This document shows, one piece after another, positions 12,866 to 24,700 of a stretch of DNA of 64,000 nucleotides. The DNA is from Lytechinus pictus (taxonomy: Eukaryota). Positions within the stretch are counted from its first letter, which is position 1. Each line of letters opens with the position of its first letter. The position numbers and the translations under genes are program-made. Location of the stretch: the NCBI RefSeq assembly GCF_037042905.1, contig NC_087250.1, positions 5,396,001 through 5,460,000 on the forward strand, read 5' to 3'. Below the pieces are notes generated by a model. That model saw only the letters and a list, made by a program, of their open reading frames with translations, made no database searches and was not told the DNA's origin.

Positions 12866-13040
12866 ACGGGGCCAAATGAATCCTCCAAACTACAACCCAC
12901 ATAAAATAGTAGAACTAATAATTGGCCATATGCAGTATCTCTGTAGGCGATGTGGTCTGATATAAATCTATTAATCTACTGATAGACACATAATAAATCC
13001 ATAGGTAGCACACATATTTGTGTATCGAATGGGTCTGTAT
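12861..13040. repeat. Degenerate continuation of the 1-1122 array on the far side of the nested insertions
   Basis: accatacggggccaaatgaatcctcc..aacccacat resumes the unit in the phase where it stopped at 1122 (agacatat). Confidence 0.6.
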
Positions 13041-13634
13041 GTATACATTGGCGATACAGGGGCCGAAGGGACCGCCCCCACCCCCATATTGGTGGTCTAA
13101 AAATCAGGGGGGGGGGGAAGGAAAAAGAGAGGAAAACAAAAAGGAGAGGAAATTGAAAAAAATAAGAGTGGACAGGAGAAGAGAAAAGATAAAGTGGGAG
13201 AGAGAGAGACCGGCCTTTGCATGTAACCGAAAGGAAATGGCGCTTTATAAATGCCCAACTATTATTATTATTACATTAAAGAAAAAGACGAGGGGGGGGG
13301 GGGCTGGGAACAATATAGGCCGTTATATCGTGGAAAAAATCTGCTCACGCTAATTCGCACTCGCCTTTTTTAGATATTGTGCAGGGGAATGGTTAACTCA
13401 TCACTTCACGGGGAATTATTTCATAAAAAGAAGAAAAACTATCAAAATGTGTGTATGTTTTTGTTTTGTTTTGTTTAATTTGTTTGTTTGTTGTTTGTTT
13501 GTTTGTTGTTGGTGTTTTTTTTGGGGGGAGGGGGCAGGGTTAATCACTATATTAGGAGGATTTCAAAACAAAATAACACGGTTGGTCAAAAAAAATGTTT
13601 TGAAGAACAATGTTTTGAAGAACATTGAAATTAC

Positions 13635-14540
13635 AAATCAAATCAAATCAAATCAATTTATTCAAATAAAATCCACAGTTTAGGATTGTCATCAAATATT
13701 ATAAATAATGAACGTGGCAAAACAGAGATATATATATATATATATAAACAAGTAAATATAAGCAATCGCCAAAATATGTGTCCATTCGATAAAAAAAATA
13801 CATTATTAAACATTTTGCCAAACTCTTACTGATTTCAAGATATTACAATTAAGTCATTACAACACGTCCATGGCGTCATCTATTAACACGAATGTATCAT
13901 AGTCCGTCATTATAATTACTCATATTATTTAGTTACATAAATTTTACTTATATCGTAATCATTACTTTTATTTGCATGATGTACAAGAAGTAACCTGATT
14001 CGCTCAGTTCTCTAAATGACGGCACTATTGTATAGGCCTATTGTCATAATTTTTCTCGTTGCGGGTTAAGGATGGGCGCGAGTACGTTGATTGATTTCTA
14101 GTTGTTTTTGTCGCCCTTGTTTAGTCATAAATTTACTATTGCTAATTCTTATCTTCAAATAATTCCTAACTTATAGATTATCAATGTCTAGTTATAAATA
14201 TTTCTCTATGTAGGGCCTACGTTTAAGGTCTTTATATACGTTCTCAGTTTACTACAATAATTCTCTTCCAGTATCTATCTTCCTGAAACTGTACCCACTG
14301 ATTTAACTTGATGTCGTTTAGAAAATGTATTTAGGTTTTCCCAAATATGAGAATAACCTATATCTTTCATAAATAATTCTAGCTTTTGACAAAATCCGTT
14401 CTTTATTTTCATGTTTGATTGATAAATGTTAATTAGTATGTTAGCCTTTGCATTTGTTACTTGACACTAAAATCCGATCATGTATTTTAAAGCTCGACAT
14501 AGATAGTAATCAAGGTATATTTCACATTGTTGGTAAATCT
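13635..14540 (-). mobile_element. Old degenerate LINE 3' fragment (possibly RTEX-like)
   Basis: Minus strand has AATAAA followed by (TTGAT)n at ~13635-13665, and KLRTY-like coding remnants near 14230-14255. Confidence 0.4.
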
Positions 14541-14866
14541 TGAAGGGGTAAAAAAAAGGGGCGGGGGGGGGGGAAGAAGAAGAAAAAAAAAGAGTTTCTT
14601 CATTTTCACATTTTTTGATACACTTATGATGAGAACTCAACCCCATAAAAGTTCGCTTTGGAATGCCTGCCTTTTCTAGAAATCACATGTTTAGTGTTGA
14701 TTTTAGGGATTTATCGGGTACCCTATGTATACGGCTAATTCGATTGATGATAAATAGCTTACGGATAAAAAAAAATGTTTGTGATCTTACAATTCACAGG
14801 TTAGGTTCTAATCGTGTTAATGCATCTTAAAATAAAGAAAATATTTGAATTTTCAAAGGAGAACAC

Positions 14867-16230
14867 CGCATATAGCAAAATATCTGGGACCCATATGGGT
14901 CCAATGTGGGTTATCTGGGACCCATATGGCCCATATGGAAACCATATGGGCTAGAAGTGGGTAGGTCCACATGGGGCCCAGATATATGGGGCCCACTTGG
15001 GGCCCATCTTGGTTATATCTGAGCCCATATGTACCAGATAAGCCTTCTGGGACCCAGATGGGTCACATCTGAGCTCAATATCACTGGATAGCACTCATGA
15101 ATATTCATTACAACAGTAAATGACCAAAATTTTAGCTAATACGGCTACAACAATTAATATGTTTATGTTTATGCAAGGATTCCACCATGAAAGGTTTCAG
15201 AAAAGTATGTAATTTATTACCATAAAATTAAAAATAAAAAAAATTAATTTGAGGAGAAAATTTTCAAGGTTAAATATTGAAAATTGTTATTAACCATAGC
15301 CTGTCAAGTATAGCAAACTCGCTCTATATATAGAAGTCAATAACAAGATTCAGTGGTTAGGTGTAGGATAAAATTAGGATAGGATTAGGATTTAGGGTTA
15401 GAATGTAGGATTATAGGATATGATAAAATTATAAGGATTAGAGTATTGGGTTGTATATAAAGTCACCTTAATGATACAAATTAATATATTTTTTTAATTG
15501 ATTAAAACATCGTGGACCCACATGGGACCCATATAGAAACACAGTATTGTTTTTATATGGGGCCCATATGGGAGCAATGTGGGCCTGCCCATATTCAACC
15601 CACACTAAACCCACTTGGCCCAAATGGGCCCCACATAGGGTGTACATATGGGTCCCAGATTGGCCAAGTGGGGCCCATATGGGCCCATACATAGCCCAAA
15701 TGGGCCCCATATGGTTTACATGGGTACGATGTGGGCCTGCCCATATTTACCCCACGCGAAACCCTGGCCCATATGGGCCCCAGACGGGGTGTACGGTGTA
15801 AAAAACACATGGGTCCCAGATGGGCCAAGTGGGGCCATACATAGCCCACATGGGCAACCCATATGGGGCCCATATGGGAGCAATGTGGGCCTGCCCATAT
15901 TCAACCCACACTAAACCCACTTGGCCCGAATAGGCCCCACATAGGGTGTACATATGGGTCCCAGATTGGCCAGGTGGGGCCATATGGGCCCATACATAGC
16001 CCAAATGGGCCCCATATGGTCTACATGGGTACGATGTGGGCCTGCCCATATTTACCCCACGCGAAACCCTGGCCCATATGGGCCCCAGACGGGGTGTACG
16101 GTGCAAAAAACACAAGGGGCCCAGATGGGCCCATACATAGCCCACATGGGCAACCCATACGGGGCCCACATTTTAGCCCTGATAAGCCCACAAGTAAACC
16201 ATATGGGCCCCATATATTTTGCTCACTGGG
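14867..16230. mobile_element. Non-autonomous CCCAG-terminated (EnSpm/CMC-like) element with GGGCCC/CCATATGG subterminal arrays and an AT-rich core
   Basis: Right end ..ATATTTTGCTCACTGGG and a degenerate inverted left end ..AGCAAAATAT. A ~303-bp unit is duplicated at ~15558-16160. The core (~15090-15500) is shared with the 55303 element. Confidence 0.7.
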
Positions 16231-17339
16231 TTCCCTCTTTCCTTCCTTTTCTATTCACTTTTCCATTTTCCCTTCCTCCTTTCCTTTCCCCCTTTCCTTT
16301 CTTTCTTTCTCCCTCCTTTTTTTTCTTTTTCCCGTTGAAATCCGCCAGGTGGGGGGGGGGGGGGCAACTTGTCCCCCTGCCCCCCCCCCCCGCGTGTTAC
16401 GCCACTGGGTTTAGTTAAACCAGGGTTAACTTTAGACTAGGGTTAAATTAACCCTGCTATCAGTATACGGGCCATTCAGTTAAGTCCTTGTACCGTTATA
16501 TCATGTACATTACATTGATTTGAACCGAATCAATAAAATGAATAATGAAATAAATGTTTGCAGGTCTAGCATTGAGAGAAAAACATGAACTAGCCTCTAA
16601 ATCCTATGATCATATCTTTGATTGAATTATGGTCACGATAGATCAGCCCTTTTCCAAAGGGGTGGTGAAACGGGGGGGGGGGGCACTTGCACCCCCCCAA
16701 AAAAATCTCCTAGTAAAGAAATACTTTATCTCAGTTATTCTTTAGTAAGATACTCACTGTTTCTGGTTATAAAATGGCTTAGAATGTTCAGTTTTCAGGC
16801 TGGAATTTCCTTTTAGCTTGCACTTTGCACTCGCATTATTCTATGTATCCTTTTCATGAGTCACTAAACGCAGTCCTTCACATGTTTCTTTTCTGCCCAG
16901 TTTATTTCAACTGTCACTTCGCGCTCGTGTTAATTCTTCAGCTAGATGCACATTTTTTTAATGAATAGAAAAACTGCTGAGAATGTTTTAATTTTTCATT
17001 ACTTATGAAATGTCTAAAAGTTTGAAGTTGTGATTCACGCTCTCAACACCTCCCAAGGGTACCCTTTTAACAGTAATGACCCCCCCCCCCCAAAAAAAAA
17101 AAAACGAGTTTACAACATCAGCTTTTTTCCCCAAACTAGTCGCTCGTTACACTTTCTCGTGATGAATAAAGCCTATGTATAAGTGTTATCATAATCAGAA
17201 ATAACTTCAAAAAGGATTTGTTGTACTTATTCTAATTTGCTCCGCCGCTCTCCTTTTTTACCTCCCTATCCTCATAACAATTCAACGGCAACAGTGTTGC
17301 CCCCACCCTCTCACCTCGACCACGCTTGCCCTTTCGGTT

Positions 17340-17694
17340 TTCCCGGTTTTGTCACCGATTATTTCAATTTCGAATTCACGAACCTTCGGAATAAGGAACT
17401 TATTGTGTTTTCGGATTTAACGAACCTTCAGAACAACGAACCTTTGTTCGTTTTGAGATTAACGAATCATCGGAACAACAAACCTTATTTCGTTTTCGGA
17501 TTATCGAACCTTCGGAATAACGAACCTTATATCGTTTTCGGACTGTCGAACCTTTGGAATAACGCCACAAATATTCGAATTAACGAACCCGTTATTCGTT
17601 TTCGGATCAACGAACATCGAGGTATAGGCAATTTACGTGTTTCGGATTTACCAACTTTCGGAATATCGAATCTTCGGAATTACGAAGTGTAACC
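17340..17694. repeat. Tandem array of ~31-bp units (ttttcggattaacgaaccttcggaataacgaacc)
   Basis: About 10 diverged units are visible. ORF 17237-17692 is a translation of them. Confidence 0.8.
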
Positions 17695-17852
17695 TAAATA
17701 TCTATAACCTGTTATGTCCTGGCGGACAAATATCAAGAACAAAAGCAATACTTACTCCAAGCATTATTTACCATCCCCATGGAATTTGATTTCAACCAAG
17801 ATTGCAACTAAATGAAAGAAAAAAGAGAAACAGAACATACATTATAAAACTA

Positions 17853-18950
17853 CACACAAAAAACGAGAACTATTTTCCATGAGTAAAATTGTTTTTTACA
17901 TAAAGAATTAAGTGCAAAAATTCGTAACGTATGTGTTTTTACTCGAGAATCTGGGTTTCTGTTACACCTGATCTTTTTTTCAAGGACATTACTTATTAAC
18001 TACTTTTCTTGAGTATCCCTGTCAGTGAAAGTATGTAAAACAATCCGTACAAATGAGTTTTTCTTCAAGTTTGTAAGGTATGATAGCAGAACGGGTGAAA
18101 AAACTCACAGCCAGGTAAAGCGATAATCTGACGATTAACTGCGCTGAAAAAATGAGTAGTATATGACTCTTGTATGTGAGTTTTGGGGTGTTGAGATCAT
18201 GCATCCAAGTAATTTTACTCGGATCTCGCGTTAATTGCTTGCGCGCACACGTGATACCGGCCAAATGTGCAGAGCATGAAGACTGGTGAGTTCTACATGT
18301 CTTTTTATTTATTTTCCCCCTTTTCTTCTATAATTACTTTTCTTGACAATAATAGCTTAGACCTACATGTATGGGGCAAACATAAATGCTATTTATGGTG
18401 ACAACAGGGTGCATTGATCTACATTCTCATCCATCCGAGGCTCACGCCTCTCGGTTTGGGTAACCACACACCAGCCTGTTGTTGCGCCGCTACCCCGGGG
18501 CCAGAAGGGAGTGAAGGCCAGTGTGCCGCTACGATTGCTGGAGTCATTTATGAGGAGGGCAAATAAGTGACATCGTCCATGATTTATGTAATCATGGACG
18601 ATGTCACTTATTTGCCCTCCTCATATACTACTCATTTTCTCAGCGCAGTTAATCGTCAGATTATCGCTAAAACTAATCAAGTGTGTAATATGCTCACATA
18701 CTCAAAAAGTCAGTAAATATACTTTAAACATACTCATTACACTGGGTTAAGTTACTCATTAGATTGAGTTATTCAAATTTACTCACTTGATGTGTCACTA
18801 TAGTGTCAAATGAAATATACTCGACAAGATGAGTTTTCAAAGTACCTTCATTGAGTGAAAGTACTCATCAAAGTATTTCGCTATAGTGTCAAAATTATTT
18901 TGACATTTGAGTACGATTACTAACACATGCAAGTTTCTGTTTTTTGTGTG
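17853..18950. mobile_element. Non-autonomous CAC-terminated TIR element (CMC/EnSpm-like) with 2-bp TA TSD
   Basis: TA|CACACAAAAAAC ... GTTTTTTGTGTG|TA. Many TACTCA/TGAGTA subterminal motifs. Internal ~47-bp inverted repeat at 18120-18167 and 18621-18668. Confidence 0.75.
18549..18625. repeat. Perfect 36-bp-arm hairpin with a 5-nt loop, probably a minimal TA-flanked MITE
   Basis: tatgaggagggcaaataagtgacatcgtccatgatt-tatgt-aatcatggacgatgtcacttatttgccctcctcata. Confidence 0.85.
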
Positions 18951-19063
18951 TAGAATGAGTTCAGACCTTGTATTGCACTCGTACTTGTAAAAAGTATACA
19001 ATCATGAACATGCGTACGTACCGATATATTGAAAAAAAAATGAGAGCTGATGCCCTTGTTGGC

Positions 19064-20803
19064 TAGGCTGGGTGTAAAAATGGCAGAGGTAAAAATGGCA
19101 GAGGTAATAATGGCAGTGGTAAAAATAGCAGAGGTACAAATGGCAGAGGTAAAAATGGCAGAGGTAAAAATGGCAGAGGTAATAATGGCAGAGGTGAAAA
19201 TGGCAGAGGTAAAAATGGCAAAGGTAAAAATGGCAGAGGTAAAAATGGCAAAGGTAAAAATGGCAGAGGTAAAAATGGCAGAGGTAATAATGGAAGAGGT
19301 AAAAATGGCAGAGGTAATAATGGCAGAGGTAAAAATGGCAGAGGTAAAATGGCAGAGGTCATAATGGTATAGGTAAAAAGAGTCTTAAACCCCCATGAAA
19401 AATAAAATAAAAAAGCCCCCGCATGTAAGCCCTACATATAATAACTAAGAAAGGTTCTAAACAAAATAAAAATAATGGAAAGGGTGACATTCTTAAAATC
19501 ATAGATAGATCGTCTGCACCAAATTGATAATCTTTTGGCTGGAATATTTTATTTTTTCTGGACTCTCATTGACGGCCTTCTCATGTCAAATCGCTGTATT
19601 AGTATTCAAATTTGAAGCACACTCTTGATCGCAATTGTATTTAATTAATTACAGGGGAAGTTCAACCTCAGTTAAAAGTCATTGTAGAATAGCAGAAAAA
19701 AATAGAATAATATTGGTGAGGGTTTTAGGAAATCAATCAAAGATTGAAAAAGCTATACTTTTATATTTTAATGATGACGTCATTTGCGAGCAGCTTTCCC
19801 ATATTTGGAGGATAGAAAATATTAATGAAATGTAATTTTCAGTATATATCAAGAGACAAATCATTTCACTGACGCTCCTAAAATATATTTTTTAAAACAA
19901 TTATGAACCATTTTGTAGTGCATAAAATGTCATGGTGCAGCTTCCCATATATGACGTCAAACCCTTTGGGAACCTGGCATCCACTTGGACTAGCTGCATT
20001 GAGGTATTGCTCTAAAGACTGAACAATAATTATATCATTTACATTTAACGTATCACATTAATCAGGGGCAGATCCAGGATTTTCGAAGGGGGGGGGGGCA
20101 CATTTTCCTGAAAAATGACACGCAAAAAAGTTTTCCGCCTACTAACTCGTCCACAAAAATAATTAGCAAGCAGAAAAGGGGTCTCGCTTTAAAAAGGGGG
20201 CACACTTGAGTTAGCATATTTGCTAAGATTTTAATTGTACCTCTCAAGGGGGGGGGGGGGGGGCACGGGCCAGCTGTGCCCCCGTGGATCCGCCAGTGAC
20301 ATCAATATCTATTCATCATGATCCATCATGATATGGAAAAAAATACTATTATTACAGAATGTTCAGTTATTTTTTTTTTATCCAGTTTAAATTATGAAAG
20401 TAGTTCGACGTAGACCCGAACTTGTTCGTTTCAGAGGGTTAGTGGCGGCACACATTGGTGTTTACATTTAAAAAAAATCATTGGGTTTGTATGTAAAGCG
20501 TTATTCTGCTTACGAGCTTAAGATCCTTTCATCATTCAGTCACTAATTGAAATCATTTTGGCAAGAAAATGTTTGAGTTTGGTCATATAAATGACAGAGT
20601 ATAGATCTTAAATGACGAAAAACAACATAATATTTAATCAGTTTTTATAGCCCATTTCGTCGACAAGAGTCCGGTCATGGATGATAATTATTATGATGTA
20701 GCCTATCTTTATCACCTTTACCTTTGCCATATTTACCTCTGCCATTATTACCTCTGCCATTATTACCTCTGCCATTTTTACCTATGCCATATTTACCTGG
20801 CAC
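19064..20803. mobile_element. Fold-back-type element whose ends are inverted arrays of a 15-bp unit (aaaaatggcagaggt)
   Basis: About 20 units at 19075-19380 and about 6 inverted units at 20715-20800. No TSD recognised. Confidence 0.6.
20063..20298. mobile_element. hAT-like MITE
   Basis: CAGGGGCAGATCC...GGATCCGCCAGTG with 8-bp TSD acattaat/acatcaat. Confidence 0.75.
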
Positions 20804-21774
20804 CGATTCGCGAGCAGCTGTGCAACGCGACGCGCTAGCTGAGCCAGTACCATAGACAAATAAATACGTATAGACGGAAAGGTAGCACCCGCGGAAAAGC
20901 CTCATTTAAATAACATTTGCATATAACGTACAAATACTCCATAGAAGCTCCATGGTGATAAGCGTATTTTTTACCACTTTCGGCCACACCCCCTGGGAGA
21001 CATTTGAACCGAATCCTAAGCCCCATTTGCATATTGCTAATGAATCATTTATTTTTTTTCTTTGCGTACTTGCAAGATACTGTGATTTGATTGGACATTA
21101 CCTTATGAATAATGTAGTTTTTCTATTGAAATTCGTACGTCATAATTTGACCCCATCGTCACTTCCGCTTAATTAAGGGCTGAAAGATGACGTCACCCGC
21201 ACAGAAGAAGATTATTTCCGGTGAGTACTGTCACATTAACGCTGAATTTTAATTCATTTACAAAAATAAATCAAAAGATCTCATGTTATATGGGATCTTT
21301 AGAAATCTGGGTACAACATGAATTAATTTGTGTTTATAAAAAGTGAACAATTGCGAAAACTCAAAACTATTTCCATCGTCGTGAGCTAAAAATTTCGGCT
21401 AGATTACATGTAAATCTCCATCTGCTACCATTTGAGACCTCGTATTAATCATCACGCAAGACTTTCGGGCGACAGTTTCTGACATTTCGACGACTACCGA
21501 GATCTCGGCAGGCCAACTAGATAACGTTTAGTCTAGACGTTGTCCGGGATCTATCGCGCATCCTGTATTGACTTTATAGAAAGACATTCACTCCATTAAC
21601 CCGTTCCCTTCTGTGAATTCACTTATCAATAGAACTGTAGCCTAGTCCTTGATCATTTTGTATAAAGATGTTTCATTTCCCAAAGGCAAAGTCCAAAATT
21701 ATTTCTAGTTCTTTTCATGTTTTCTTTTATTTTTCTAAACTTGAAGGTAGGAGTTCCAAAATGCACCCCCACTA

Positions 21775-24700
21775 AATTTATTTATTTATCTATTTATTTA
21801 TTCATGTTTTATTTATAATAAATGATAAAATAAGGTGGAGGGTAGTTCGGTTCAGTTATAAACTGCTTTACAACGAATCCCTCCCCCTTTACAAACATAA
21901 AATAGAACATAAACATGATAATATATATAAATACAAGTGAAAATCAATATAAAAAGTTATAATCTATAAAATAAACATAAAAAAGAAAACAAATAAACAA
22001 AAAGGAAAGAATACTAGAAGATACTTTGTTATAATAAATGTTTGGCCAATAGGTAACCTCGTTTAAAAGAATTTATAGAATTTGTGGATTGAACTGAAAA
22101 TGGGAGTTTATTAAATAGGGAGCTTGCTTTATAAGATAATGACTTTCTTTTGAATTCAGTTTTGGGGAATGGAATGTCGAGGAGAGAATTTAGTGCATAG
22201 CGGGTACAATATTTAAAGGTGCGATAAGTAATAAGAGATTTTAAATAGTTAGGGGCTTTTACATTAATTATTTTAAATACTAATAAACAGTAGTGATATT
22301 TAAGTCTTTGTTCAACGGATTGCCAATTTAGGGTTGTAAGAAGTGTACACTGCGGTGTGTTATAATCCTTATTTAATATTAATCTTGCATATCTATTTTG
22401 TAATTTTTGTAGTTTGGAAAGATTTGTTTTTGAACAACTTCCCCATGCAGTGCAGCAATAATCAATATGTGGTAAAATTAAAGCAAAATATAAGGTTACA
22501 AGAGTTTTATGGGGTATTAATTGCTTTATGCGGCGAATACATCCAATTGTACGTGATATTTTATTACATATATATCTTACATGGTCAGACCAGGTCAGTT
22601 GCGAGTCGAGTATAACCCCAAGATATTTCATTTTATCAACACACTGCAAGTAGTTATCGTATAATTTGATCTTGAATTGGTGATTATCTAGCTTTCTTTT
22701 AGTGCCGAAAGGCATGACCATGGTTTTCTGTGGATGAATATACATCTTATTAATATCAAACCACTTGCATATTAAATTAAAATCATTTTGTAAATTCAAT
22801 TGAACTTCAGAAAAGTTATGAGAATTGTTAAAAATAACGGTATCATCTGCATAGAGTGAAATCTTGGAATTTTTATGAATTCTTAAGTTGTTAATATCGT
22901 TAATATATAGACAAAAGATCAAGGGGCCAAGGATTGACCCCTGGGGCACCCCTGATTTCATAGTTAAAAACTCACTACAATAATCATCTATATTAACACA
23001 TTGTTGTCTTCCGACCAAGTACGATTTAAACCATTCACGCACCTTATTATTCATACCATAGAAAATTAGTTTATCAAGTATTATTTCGTGTGGAATTACG
23101 TCAAATGCCTTTTTTAGATCATAAAATATAGCTCCCGTAATCTGACCATGATTCATATTTTCAAACAGGTAGTCAGTAATTTCTGTAAGGCACGTGGCTG
23201 TGGAATGGAGTGGTCTGAATCCAGATTGACGTTCCGATAATAAACTATTTTGGTTAAGATACGAATACAATTGTTTGTGTACTGCTTTCTCAAGGACTTT
23301 TGACATAGAGGGCAGTATTGAAATGGGCCTGAAATTGTCAACACTGAGCGAGCCACCCTTGTGAATTGGCGTGATTTTTGCGACTTTGAAATCAGATGGA
23401 AATTGAGAAGTTTTTAGTGATAAGTTAAAAAATTTAGAAAGTGGTTCCGCAATTATATCAGCAGATACTTTTAGTAACTTAGGATGTAGACCGTCCATTC
23501 CTATAGCCTTTTTACAATCAATATTGCGTAGTTCGTTTTTGACAAATTCAGATTTGATTTCTTGAAATTCAAAAGAATAATTAGTTTGAGTTAACGTGTG
23601 TAAATCGTTAAAAGCACCGTCTACTGTGTTGGAACTTGAGCTTGTTTGTAGGTTTGAGCCTACTTTATTAAAAGCTTCATTCAGTAAACCTGCCACCTTT
23701 ACTTTGTCAGATATCATTTCTTCATCAATCAGGATTGTGTTGTTTATTTCCTGTTTCTTTGATGGTAAAAGCCCTTTGAGAACTTTCCAATTTTTATTCA
23801 AATCATTTCCACATTCTGAAAAATTATTCCGGTAATATTCTTTTTTAAGATATTTATTCAAATTATTTGCTCTGTTTCGATAGTACTTAAATTTTTTCCA
23901 ATAATAATCACTTTTCGTTTTTTTGAACTTTTTCTTAAAGAAATCACGGTCACGTTCCAAATTTATGTATTCATTTGTAATCCAAGGTATTCCATTTCTT
24001 TTTCTTCTGACAGAAATAAAAGGTGCATGTTTATCACTTACAGTAGTAAACAAAGATTTGAAATGTGACCACAGTTCGTCAACTTGAACGTTTTCGTTAT
24101 TGAAATCATTCCAGTTTTGATTTTTCAAGTCATCTCGAAATCTGTTTTCATCAAAGTTGCGAAAAGACCTAAATTTACTTATTTTAGAATGAAACATTGT
24201 GTGCTTGCCTTTCACTACTACAAAAGTCAAACAGTGGTCACTAAAACCAATAGAGATTACACCCGACTTAACACTTTCAATCGAATTTGAGGTAAGTATT
24301 AAATCGATGATTGTGCTACTGTGAGGTGTAACTCGTGTGGGGTCATTAATTAACTGGTTAAGCTGATAAGTATGACAAATATCCTTAATTGTTTTAGACA
24401 ATGCATTATTATTACTCATGTTGCAATTGAAATCACCCATCAAAATGATATTATTTGATAATGATATTACTTTTTCAACATTTGCTTCTATGGTGGTAAA
24501 ATAGGTACTTGCTGAGGAAGGCCTCCTGTATAAAATACCAACAAAAATCGAACTGCAATTTTTTCTTTTAATCTCCAGCCACATAACCTCAAGATCTTTG
24601 GTTTCCAGATCTATTCTTCTCATGTAATTAAATTTCTCACTGATGTAACATCCTACACCCCCACCAGAACTTTCCCTGTCTTTCCTTTCAATCTTATAAC

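Noticed and set aside
15360..15425. Telomere-like TTAGGG/TAGGAT tract
   Set aside because: Degenerate and part of the shared transposon core, not an interstitial telomere array.
19050..19364. ORF of (MAEVK)n and antisense (LPLPF)n
   Set aside because: Translation of a 15-bp tandem repeat with no stop codon; no gene context.
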